Below, in pieces: positions 27,101-34,250 of a stretch of DNA of 59,854 nucleotides. Under the pieces are notes generated by a model. The model saw only the letters and a program-made list of their open reading frames with translations, was not told the origin of the DNA and did no database searches. Location: the IMG/VR virus record IMGVR_UViG_3300020352_000627, positions 1 to 59,854 of that record; one strand, 5' to 3'. Numbering within the stretch: the first letter of the stretch is position 1; the number at the start of each line of letters is the position of its first letter. This DNA comes from a virus. Its lineage: Duplodnaviria; Caudoviricetes. The position numbers and the translations under genes are program-made.

Positions 27101-28113
27101 GAAGATGGAATGCAGATGTTATAGGTTCTGTTACTGGTCCTGTTAGTGGTATAGTTGCTCCTGGTGGTGCTTATACTTTACCTAGTGTTGATGGAGCATA
27201 CAAACAGGTTATGGTAGCATCTGGTGATGGTACAGTTCATTGGGAGGATCAAACAGGTACTGGTGGAGGAGGAACAAGTAATTTAATTAGACAATCTTAT
27301 ACTCCTACTATAAGTACTAGTTCATTTACTGTAACTAATGGATATACAGTAGGTAGTGTAAATGTTTATAAAAATGGAGTTAAGCTTTTTGAAGGATCAA
27401 CTTATGACTATACTGCTACTAACGGAAGCGTATTTAATCTAACTCCTGCTGCTGCTAGTGGAGATCTTATAGAGGTTGTAGCTTTAAATGCTAATGCTGC
27501 TCCTACAGCAAATACAGCTTTAGCTAGTGTGGGCGTAACAAGTACTCAAACACAATTTAATACAACAGAAACCATTACTAGTTCAAATTTGGTTGTGTTC
27601 TTGAATGGTGTTAAACTAGTAGATTCAATTGACTATAGTGTTGCTAATACCTCACGATTTGATTTGCTCTCTCCTGCTACTTCGGGAGATACAGTAGACT
27701 ATATAGTTTATGGAGCAACGGTCGCAAGCTCTAATCTGCAAAAAACTGGTGATACCATGACAGGTAATCTAACGGTGGGTGCAGATTTGATAGTTACAGG
27801 ATATAAAGAAACTCATACAGACAATGGGAATACTGGTACTGTACGAACTATAGATATCACAGATAGTACAATACAAACATATACTCTTAATGGCAATTGC
27901 GTATTCACCATGCCTACCCCTGACGCTGGTAGAAGTTTTACTGTTTTACTAAAAACTGGGGCTGGTAGCTTTACTGGAACATTTACGGGAGTTAAATTTC
28001 CTGGTAATGTAGCTCCAACTATTACTGCTTCTGGAAATAGACTAGATACTTTAACCTTTATATCTGATGGCACTAATTGGTACGGTAACGCCGTACAGGA
28101 TTATCACCTATGA
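21175..28113 (+). CDS. Long tail fibre/adhesin with Mtd_N-like N-terminus
   Basis: LQIRRGT..EW...NPVL..GE...E.DTG..KIG; repeated IGIGT, FPxxDG..QxLxTDG and VYxNGxKL modules; 2312 aa. Confidence 0.85.
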   Translation: MPVNTRLQIRRGTHSEWVVANPVLHYGEMAWESDTGRIKIGLTGDLNWQAIPYSFATLQDPSNAGSLNSFLSESGISLTGVTGVYGHVTGIQIDSKLSPGTDIGLSTDGNGSIVISYTGDASLNFQDREQVETIQDIVGSGNHTSTGFIRQVSGINIVYDDNGSNGSGTLTFALNELVGESGVVTSYNNDSWKIATNLTSGSGIEITDVAGSKRITATGLALESHNHDINDINGFSSVDVTHNSVSGINNLIASGTGIFDVLEINGSNGFVFPNTDGNDDQILVTDGSGVVSWQDQPLNHPVIDNALGNTSNSGRDYVQNISFDQYGHVTGISLGTETVVDHSVTGVVFNSGNNDLVLHKSDGVSITGNLSGVLVSGTSYHSNISNAANDSINNNRNYVQSILLDEYGHITGIIETAQETGVERYYPGTGLSVNTTTQTFHITGVATDLLQGSIQNSQLANSGITVSGGIGLQNGGFAALGETVTLDVDNSVVVTGNTYQYPPWLTGINADIITAGIIAADRLPSYVDDVIETGTFSQLPVAGTGGKIYVTLDTNFIYRWGGSSYVQIKDGDNNYATGLIWDSGAGNLSIQMFGKPDITENLDGRYLQSFTETDPTVSGYIKAITTQQIDNWDLSYSTLESASGNWNISYSWVTGNSGLVVSSGDNISLLMNDSGYATTGELVSTSGHLQTQIDSLPDDNTFISSINYSTTERNLVVTRNDGVLFTGNLNIVMHSGDNVSFLVNDSGYATTGELISTSGHLQTQIDTLPDSDTFVTGIVYNSATHQLVLDRNIGSVTGILDNIIHSGDNVSLLTNDANYIDGSGINNFIPVFSGIDTITNSIIHQSGDRIGIGTSSPTEKLDIRDGDILVGTKLLIGSGIYSQTSPGAYFGLKHTELTDPSEYMIMSDGTHTYLSAKEDSDVIIRGGGNKVDHQIVVTESGITLGKYRPAASSVDAEHDVELVYDDGGCVRIADRGGSGIMLGDCALNANNTYAGIKHTDMMGDDDYMIVSDGTDTYISAKDTGSVYLRPGGNAGEGGIKISDVGAGGVSTVFNDAGANRDIRMAGTGDLNLFRLDADEDRIGIGTHAPAYKLDVSGTFSADSINVNNQYTLPTGDGLTGHSLVTDGAGNIIFSGVSAAGGDGSVNTIYSNGVQVGDDDIEILDFSSNFSVSENPNAKMNIGLSDMITVSGLTISGLDPTGYTFPASDGFNRQVLATDGSGIVYWSGISDIMSGFSDYEIVSSAKSSFIVNGGFTVGSLDVYYNGLKLLNGDDYVEVDGTGFTLSSAATFNDVIEWEGHRTAPEYVTLGNPGNNRLVTSDGSSTTINGQSDLIFDGTGLGLGTTSPSPSGGENSLHIHSNIYPEIKLTNNATNSTSSDGVSILIENNKNFRIINSEESLTEFYNAKANGSLVETLRLGATQSIFNSAGDENLDFLVSGSGSSNLIFADSSTNRVGIGNNSPTTKLDVSGVITASGGDSTEWNTSYSTLVARSGFWNLAYDTVQNKSASWDSSYVWITGNSGNLVYTNQTYENPSWLTSINPNIISGEIPENKIPASFNDVLEYASTGNFPGSAASGIVYIAQDTNKIYRGSGSAYIEISSDTNDFVNAATFNTTDGTLLLTRISSTAVTTNLDGRYTTGSGTANYLAKWTSSKNISSGIIYDDGTNIGIGTASPNYKLDVAGSGSFNSLNINDAFTFPTSDGTEGQSLVSDGAGTVVWSGIDTDTNNYVTGVAFDTATEVLTLNRLDLSDLTTSSFSGVYLKELSQDPSPQLGGDLDLSGNDITGNGSINIGGDLTTNGNNVDIGSTAYGLQVSSSAATLASNRLQILGSETVFNQAGSTADFRVEGTGQSHLLFIDSSKDSVGIATEYPTSKLTIGSGYLDGGGICVDMEGVNQPSFTARRENGDPVFSILSYTSQVYMSVGVYYNGSQWVHSSDNSNSSIFTIDPPNGVLWYSSNSASSISNVANAVNLWDAQGRWNADVIGSVTGPVSGIVAPGGAYTLPSVDGAYKQVMVASGDGTVHWEDQTGTGGGGTSNLIRQSYTPTISTSSFTVTNGYTVGSVNVYKNGVKLFEGSTYDYTATNGSVFNLTPAAASGDLIEVVALNANAAPTANTALASVGVTSTQTQFNTTETITSSNLVVFLNGVKLVDSIDYSVANTSRFDLLSPATSGDTVDYIVYGATVASSNLQKTGDTMTGNLTVGADLIVTGYKETHTDNGNTGTVRTIDITDSTIQTYTLNGNCVFTMPTPDAGRSFTVLLKTGAGSFTGTFTGVKFPGNVAPTITASGNRLDTLTFISDGTNWYGNAVQDYHL
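23161..23484 (+). repeat. Intragenic direct repeat, 216-bp period
   Basis: SGDN(I/V)SxLxNDSGYATTGELxSTSGHLQTQIDxLPD encoded at 23161 and 23377; partial third copy near 23590. Confidence 0.85.
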
Positions 28114-28973
28114 TGTTTATACCTAAAAAAATATTTGCAAGTTCGTCTGTACTTATAGCAGACGGAGGAGATACACGTTTTGGCCCCAATTTTGCTTATC
28201 ACACTTTTATTGAAGATGGTACATTTATCACTGATAGAGCTTTGACTGCTGATATATTAGTTGTTGCTGGAGGTGGAGGTGGAGGTCAGTGGGGCGGAGG
28301 CGGAGGTGCTGGAGGATTAATTTATAATACTAATATTTCATTAGTTGCTGGTAGCTACAGTGTAATTATTGGTTCTGGTGGAGCTAGGGCAGTTCAGATA
28401 AGAAATCATGCACATCCCGTAATGAATTATCAAGGCTCTAATGGAGGTAATTCTACTTTTGGATCGTTATACACTGCAATAGGTGGTGGAGGCGGAGGTT
28501 CTCATAATACTGGTAGTAGTTATAGTTGGAATAGCAATCCTAGTGGTCGGTCTAGAGATGAAGGAAGGTCGGGTGGTAGCGGAGGAGGATCTGGATTTAA
28601 TTGGAATATTAGTTCGCTTGGAGGTTGTCAAAGACCATCAGCAGGAGCTGGTACTGCTGGACAGGGCAATAACGGAGGAAGAAGTTGTACTGGTGGTAAT
28701 TGTGATAATCCTAGAAGAGGTGGTGGAGGTGGAGGTGCTGGTGGTGTTGGAGCAAGTTGTGGTTCAGGAAACGGTGGGGTGGGATTGCAGATAAATATTA
28801 CAGGCTCATCAGTGTATTATGCTGGTGGAGGAGGTGGAGTTGGATCCAGCGGTACTGGAGGACAAGGTGGTGGAGGTGATTATGCTGTAGTTGCTACTCC
28901 TAATACTGGAGGAGGCGGTGGGACATTCGCTAATGGGGCAGATGGTATAGTAATAGTGAGGTATACCATATGA
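28110..28973 (+). CDS. Glycine-rich virion protein
   Basis: YHTF...GTF, LVVAGGGGGG, YYAGGGGG, GIVIVRY. Confidence 0.85.
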   Translation: MMFIPKKIFASSSVLIADGGDTRFGPNFAYHTFIEDGTFITDRALTADILVVAGGGGGGQWGGGGGAGGLIYNTNISLVAGSYSVIIGSGGARAVQIRNHAHPVMNYQGSNGGNSTFGSLYTAIGGGGGGSHNTGSSYSWNSNPSGRSRDEGRSGGSGGGSGFNWNISSLGGCQRPSAGAGTAGQGNNGGRSCTGGNCDNPRRGGGGGGAGGVGASCGSGNGGVGLQINITGSSVYYAGGGGGVGSSGTGGQGGGGDYAVVATPNTGGGGGTFANGADGIVIVRYTI

Positions 28974-29632
28974 CAAGAGCAAGAGAAAAAAGTGAAACAG
29001 CAAGACAAGCAAAGGCTTGGGTTAATTTTGATGGTACATTTGCAACCTCCCCGTTTACCGAAGAGAATGGAGGAATTAGGAATGCTTTTAATGTCGATAG
29101 CATTACTGATGTGGATACTGGAAGGTATACAGTTAATTTTACTAATGATTTTTCAAATACCGATTACGCTGTTTGCATTACTGCTGGAGGGGCTACCAAC
29201 GCCATGTGGTTCAGAACTTACGAAGATTCAGTAGCAAGAACAATTGGTACCTTTCACTTTTTAACTGCTCAATTTAGCAATGGTGGTTTTATGGATATTC
29301 CTCAAATTAACCTAATCTTTTTTGGTTCATCTCGTACGAATGCTCAGAACGTACTATACCAGACTCCTCTTGGCATATTTGACCAAAGAGGAAAAGGTTC
29401 ATTGCACAGTACAATACTAACAAGTTTCGATCAAAGAGGTGAAGGAGGTTTATATCAGACTCCGCTTGCTGCGTTTGATCAAAGAGGAAAGGGTGTATTA
29501 CACAGCACAACACTAACAAGTTTCGATCAGAGAGGTCAGGGGTCTTTACATAGTACAAGTTCTACACTAACAAGTTTCGATCAACGAGGTGAAGGGGCGT
29601 TGCATAGTACAGACGCTGACTCAATACCTTAA
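28970..29632 (+). CDS. Tail-fibre tip-like domain plus FDQRG repeat tail
   Basis: AKAWVNFDGT...FNVxSITD..GxYTVNF domain; five ~16-aa repeats. Confidence 0.75.
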   Translation: MTRAREKSETARQAKAWVNFDGTFATSPFTEENGGIRNAFNVDSITDVDTGRYTVNFTNDFSNTDYAVCITAGGATNAMWFRTYEDSVARTIGTFHFLTAQFSNGGFMDIPQINLIFFGSSRTNAQNVLYQTPLGIFDQRGKGSLHSTILTSFDQRGEGGLYQTPLAAFDQRGKGVLHSTTLTSFDQRGQGSLHSTSSTLTSFDQRGEGALHSTDADSIP

Positions 29633-29651
29633 ACAATAAAAAGGAAAAACA

Positions 29652-30746
29652 ATGTCATCTATATCAGATTTAAGTTTATCAAATGTCACAAAAGTTTCAG
29701 CTGGCTACGGACATGCTGTGGCAATTTCTGATGGTAAACTGTATACGTGGGGCCTTAATGACGAATATCAGCTTGGAAATGGAAACACCGTAAATGTTAC
29801 TAGTCCAGCACAAATTGGCACTGACACAGATTGGGAAGATGTTGCTTGTGGAACCAAACACACTATTTGCAAAAAAACAGACGGGACAATATACGCATTT
29901 GGAAGAAATATGGAAAGTCAATGCGGAGTTACGGGTTCTAGTTTTGTTACTACTCCTACTGCATGTAGCGGGGTAACTGGAACCGTTCATAAAATTGCAG
30001 CTTCTACACACTATAGTATGTACCTAAATACTGACAGCGATGTATATGGAGTTGGAGATAATGTAAAAAGAACAATAAAATCAAGTACTGATACTGTTAC
30101 CACATGGACATCAATTTCTGATTATACTGGTGCAGATATAATAGCTGCTGGCCCTCAACTCTCGGCTTGTTACCAACAGGGGGTTGGCGTAAAAATTAGG
30201 GGCTATTACAGTGATAGCTTTCAATATTTTAATGAAACTGTCCAAAACGATCGTTATTCTCTAGCTATACATACTGCCGCGGAAGAAGTTCCTGAAACAA
30301 GCTCTCTCAATCTGGTTAATCTTACTATAGGTAATGATTTTATTCTAGGGGTTGAACAGGCTGGAGATTTATATGGGTTTACATTTGCTGTTGATATCCC
30401 ATCTATTACCTCTAGTGCCTTTAATTCATCAAATTATGCTTCTTCTATAGGTTTTTATGGAGTAAAATTTTATATAAGCGCCTCAGCACATTACCCCAAG
30501 TGTAATTATTTTGAGCTAATAGATGATTCTAAGAACTGGCTTAAACTTGATGCTGGTTTTGATCACGCTGCCATAGTTACGCAAGATGGAGAGATTTATT
30601 CTTTTGGAAATAATGATTACTACCAATTAGGTAGAACCTATTCTGGGGATGATTCTAATTTGGTTGAAATGTCTGGGGTAGCAAGTAACGGGAATTGGAC
30701 TGTTGTTGGCTGTGGTCACTATCAAACTTTATTGTGTAAGGAGTAG
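29652..30746 (+). CDS. RCC1-repeat beta-propeller protein
   Basis: VSAGxxH...DGKLYTWGxN.xYQLG repeats. Confidence 0.9.
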   Translation: MSSISDLSLSNVTKVSAGYGHAVAISDGKLYTWGLNDEYQLGNGNTVNVTSPAQIGTDTDWEDVACGTKHTICKKTDGTIYAFGRNMESQCGVTGSSFVTTPTACSGVTGTVHKIAASTHYSMYLNTDSDVYGVGDNVKRTIKSSTDTVTTWTSISDYTGADIIAAGPQLSACYQQGVGVKIRGYYSDSFQYFNETVQNDRYSLAIHTAAEEVPETSSLNLVNLTIGNDFILGVEQAGDLYGFTFAVDIPSITSSAFNSSNYASSIGFYGVKFYISASAHYPKCNYFELIDDSKNWLKLDAGFDHAAIVTQDGEIYSFGNNDYYQLGRTYSGDDSNLVEMSGVASNGNWTVVGCGHYQTLLCKE

Positions 30747-30748
30747 TT

Positions 30749-30958
30749 ATGAAGTATTATATTAAAATTGAAAATCCAAATTCTATTCTAACTGGCAGCT
30801 GTGATGCTGAATGTACAAGAAAAAATATAGAAATTTTTGACACACAAGAAGAGCGTGATAATAAAATTCAAGAAATTATAAATGCCTTACCAGAACCAGA
30901 AGATGGTGAAGAAAAAGGGTTGTTTGTTAAATATTCTAATATACCGAAAGTGGGATAA
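30749..30958 (+). CDS. Hypothetical protein
   Basis: AAGGAG SD; coupled to the next gene. Confidence 0.6.
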   Translation: MKYYIKIENPNSILTGSCDAECTRKNIEIFDTQEERDNKIQEIINALPEPEDGEEKGLFVKYSNIPKVG

Positions 30959-31326
30959 TGAGTGGTACACTAGCTAGACATACAAGCGAAACAACAAGAC
31001 AAGCCAAAGCTTGGGTTAATTTTGATGGTACATTTGGAACTTCTCCGTTTACTGAAGCTAATGGAGGAATTAGGGATGCGTTTAATGTTGATAGTGTTAC
31101 TGATGAGAATGTTGGAAGGTATACGGTCAATTTTACTAATAATTTTTCCAATACGGATTATGTTGTTTGCATTACTGTTGGTGGTGCTCAAAATGCCATA
31201 TGGTTTAGAACTTATGAAGATTCAACAGCAAGAACAACTAGTTCTTTCCACTTCTTAACTGCTGCATTTAGTAATGGAGCTTTTATGGATATGCCTCAAA
31301 TCAACCTAATATTTTTCGGAGAATAA
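30958..31326 (+). CDS. Tail-fibre tip-like domain, close paralog of the 28970-29632 N-terminus
   Basis: Near-identical protein from ETxRQAKAWVNF to INLIFFG. Confidence 0.8.
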   Translation: MSGTLARHTSETTRQAKAWVNFDGTFGTSPFTEANGGIRDAFNVDSVTDENVGRYTVNFTNNFSNTDYVVCITVGGAQNAIWFRTYEDSTARTTSSFHFLTAAFSNGAFMDMPQINLIFFGE

Positions 31327-31335
31327 GGAGAAAAA

Positions 31336-31593
31336 ATGAAAAGAATAATTTATCCAAATAATGACGGTGGGATATCAGTTGTTATTCCAGCACCTAATAC
31401 AAAATACACAATAGAGCAACTTGCTCTTAAGGATGTTCCTGCTGGCAAGCCCTATAAAATTATTGAAAATACAGATGTTCCTACAGATAGAACATTTCGT
31501 AATGCCTGGGAATATGACTTTACTTCCTTAGACACTGTAGATGGTTTCGGATTGGGTTCTGAAGAATTTTTCAACCAAGGCTTAGGAGATTGA
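31336..31593 (+). CDS. Tail fibre assembly-associated protein
   Basis: RIIY...GG.SV.IP...KDVP.G..YKI...P.DR.FR.AW. Confidence 0.7.
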   Translation: MKRIIYPNNDGGISVVIPAPNTKYTIEQLALKDVPAGKPYKIIENTDVPTDRTFRNAWEYDFTSLDTVDGFGLGSEEFFNQGLGD

Positions 31594-31594
31594 A

Positions 31595-32200
31595 ATGATT
31601 AATGTAAATATGGACAAAGCTAAAGATATATGGAAAGACAAAATTCGTGCAGATAGAGAGCCTTATTTTGCTTCTTTAGATGTAGATTATCTTAAAGCTA
31701 CAGAAGCTCAGAATGTAACACTTAAGAACCATATAGAGACAAAAAAACAACAGCTTCGTGATGCCCCAGAAGATTCGAGAATTACAGATGCTACCACGCC
31801 AGAACTGTTAAAAGTCATAGATCCTGTTGCTGAAATTATGTATATATCAGAATTAGATCAAGCAAAGCTAGATAAGCTAACAGAAATCGATGAAGATTGG
31901 AAAGTGATACTCAATAACGGCTGGCAAACTCCTGAGGGATGGAGTCTTGGTATTCATACAGATGACGTAGCCCTACTTAATGGAGCGTACTCTCTTGCAA
32001 AAGAAGCTGCTGCTCTTGGTTCTACAGACCCTGTTACTATCTTAGACACCGATGGAGAGCCTCATTCATTAAGCGTAGCTGAAATGACACCAATTATGTT
32101 AGCGTATGGCGCTGCGAGAGCTAATCTAAGTGGCACAGACGCTGCAAGAAGAAAACTGGTTAAAGATGCAACAACGATAGAAGAATTGGAGGAGATATAA
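31595..32200 (+). CDS. Tail fibre assembly chaperone-like protein (DUF4376-like C-terminus)
   Basis: I.VNM.KAK...K.K.R..R...LDV...KQ.LRD.P; C-terminal half paralogous to 33700-34206. Confidence 0.65.
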   Translation: MINVNMDKAKDIWKDKIRADREPYFASLDVDYLKATEAQNVTLKNHIETKKQQLRDAPEDSRITDATTPELLKVIDPVAEIMYISELDQAKLDKLTEIDEDWKVILNNGWQTPEGWSLGIHTDDVALLNGAYSLAKEAAALGSTDPVTILDTDGEPHSLSVAEMTPIMLAYGAARANLSGTDAARRKLVKDATTIEELEEI

Positions 32201-32201
32201 T

Positions 32202-32852
32202 ATGAGTATAGCTAGAGATATAAGTAGACAAAGCAGTAAACAGAATGCAACATTAACAGAGGATCAAACTGCAGTTACTGTTACAGGAGGATTTAGTGGC
32301 TCTAGCATACAGGTATATCTTAATGGTGTTAAAATTATACAAGGAGAAGACTATAGCTTGAATGGCACTAGTGGTATTACATTAACTCAGGGAGCTAGTG
32401 CTGGAGATATAATTGAGTTTGTAATGAGAAATACTTCTAATTCAGGATTTAGTGCTGCAAATACTGGGCAGATTGTAGACAACGCTGTAACTTTTGATAA
32501 GTTGTCAAACAGCTCAACAGAATCAGAAAATGTTCAATCTAGAGTAGCATTTGCTTGGTTAGAAATGGATTGTTCACAAGTATCTTCCGAGGATAAAATA
32601 CAAGCTAGTTATAATATTAGCAGTATTGTCGATAATGGGGTAGGTAATTTTCAGGTATCTTTTAATACAGATCCTCCTGATCAGCATTACTGTGCTCAAG
32701 TAACTACAAACGGCAGAGTAAACACTCATCATACTCACGGATATGTAACTAATAGTTCAACATCTAGCGCAGTTCAGGTAACGGTGTTTAGAGATGAAGG
32801 TAGTAGCTTTAGAGCAGATCCAGAAAAGCTTTCTTTGTTAATATTTAGATAA
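32202..32852 (+). CDS. Tail fibre-associated protein
   Basis: VYLNGVK...DY module plus a third AxAW...SYNISSIxD.G.G domain. Confidence 0.7.
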   Translation: MSIARDISRQSSKQNATLTEDQTAVTVTGGFSGSSIQVYLNGVKIIQGEDYSLNGTSGITLTQGASAGDIIEFVMRNTSNSGFSAANTGQIVDNAVTFDKLSNSSTESENVQSRVAFAWLEMDCSQVSSEDKIQASYNISSIVDNGVGNFQVSFNTDPPDQHYCAQVTTNGRVNTHHTHGYVTNSSTSSAVQVTVFRDEGSSFRADPEKLSLLIFR

Positions 32853-32857
32853 AGGTT

Positions 32858-33706
32858 ATGGAACATATGACTAGAACTAATAATCACAGTAATATACACA
32901 AAACAATGTCTTCGACTTGCGAAGGTCGCCTAACTCTTGAAAGTGGAGTAGCAGTTAGCACTACCGATCAAACAGCAAAAACAACAGTTTATTTTACTCC
33001 TCATATAGGCACTAATATTAGTCTGTATGACAGTGGCGATTGGGATATATTTACTTTTGGTGAACTTAGCTTAAGTATAAGTGGTTATACAGCAGATACT
33101 AATTATGATATATTTATCTATAATAATAGCGGAACATTAACTCTTCAGTCGGTAGCTTGGACAGACGATACCAATAGAGCGACAGATATTATTACTCTAA
33201 ATGGTGTTTATGTTTTGAGTGGCGCTACAACCAGAAGATATCTTGGAACCATAAGAACAACTGCTACTACAGGTCAGTGCGAAGATAGTATAAGTAGGCG
33301 TTTTGTCTGGAGTTATTATAATCAAGTTAAGAAATTTCAACGCACTACCCACACTAATACAGCCCATACATACTCTTCTACAGTTTGGAGAGCTACTAAC
33401 AACGATACTACTGTTGGAGTTAAGAGATATTTAATGGTTCTTGGATTAGATACATTTGTATCCGTGTCGGTGAACAATCATTCTAAATTCATGTATACAG
33501 GAGCGGCTCTTGATGGCACTACCCAGTCTGAAAGACTTGATGGTTTGTCAGGACATAACGGAGATCCTAGTTATAACGGACAGACATTTAGCTTTGTTAG
33601 ACAGTATATAGCACCGGGGTATCATTTTATACAAGAGTTGGAATATGGTGTTAATTCAAGCTCAGTAGGATATCATACAGAAGTTGCAGGAGATCATTTA
33701 TGTTAG
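32858..33706 (+). CDS. Tail fibre-associated protein
   Basis: GRLTL.SG...T.VYFTP...RRYLGT.R...WSYYN pattern; fibre block context. Confidence 0.65.
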   Translation: MEHMTRTNNHSNIHKTMSSTCEGRLTLESGVAVSTTDQTAKTTVYFTPHIGTNISLYDSGDWDIFTFGELSLSISGYTADTNYDIFIYNNSGTLTLQSVAWTDDTNRATDIITLNGVYVLSGATTRRYLGTIRTTATTGQCEDSISRRFVWSYYNQVKKFQRTTHTNTAHTYSSTVWRATNNDTTVGVKRYLMVLGLDTFVSVSVNNHSKFMYTGAALDGTTQSERLDGLSGHNGDPSYNGQTFSFVRQYIAPGYHFIQELEYGVNSSSVGYHTEVAGDHLC

Positions 33707-34206
33707 AAACTTTAACAACTTTACACGAATCAATAGCTAATATAGTACCTATTCACGGTGTTTCTAATAACGGCGATGGCACCTACAGGGTAGACTATAT
33801 AGATGATCCAACTCAAGAACAATCAGATCAAGTTAATTCTATTATAGAATCTTGGCCTCTAGAGAAAGCCAAGCTAGAAAAACTAGAAGAAGTAGATGAA
33901 GAGTGGAAGACAACACTAGAAGCTGGTTGGCAAACCCCATATGGTTGGAGTTTGGGTGTAGATATTGCTGATGTAGCTTTGCTCAATGGAAACTTTGTGC
34001 TTGCTAAAGAAGCCGCGAGCTTAGGTATGACTAATCCTGTATTTGTAGTGGACAGAACGGGAGAATCTCACGAATTTAATTTAACTGATTTAACTATGTT
34101 AATGTTGCAATATGGTCAAGCTAGAGCAGTATTAAGTTCTCAGGATGCAGCAAAAAGAACGGTGATTAACAACGCTAATACTATAGAGGAGTTAGAAAAT
34201 CTATAA
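33700..34206 (+). CDS. Tail fibre assembly chaperone-like protein
   Basis: AKLxKLxExDExWK..L..GWQTP.GWSLG shared with 31595-32200. Confidence 0.65.
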   Translation: MLETLTTLHESIANIVPIHGVSNNGDGTYRVDYIDDPTQEQSDQVNSIIESWPLEKAKLEKLEEVDEEWKTTLEAGWQTPYGWSLGVDIADVALLNGNFVLAKEAASLGMTNPVFVVDRTGESHEFNLTDLTMLMLQYGQARAVLSSQDAAKRTVINNANTIEELENL

Positions 34207-34250
34207 TAGTGTAAATACTTTTATAAAAGAACCTAATTAAGAGAAATAAA

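Noticed and set aside
29352-29612. CRISPR-like spaced repeats
   Set aside because: Repeats are in-frame coding units with synonymous variation and no unique spacers; no cas genes
28990-31326. Diversity-generating retroelement (TR/VR pair), suggested by the Mtd_N domain and two near-identical gene copies
   Set aside because: Differences are largely third-position and involve all bases rather than being adenine-specific; both copies are intact genes; no reverse transcriptase in the window
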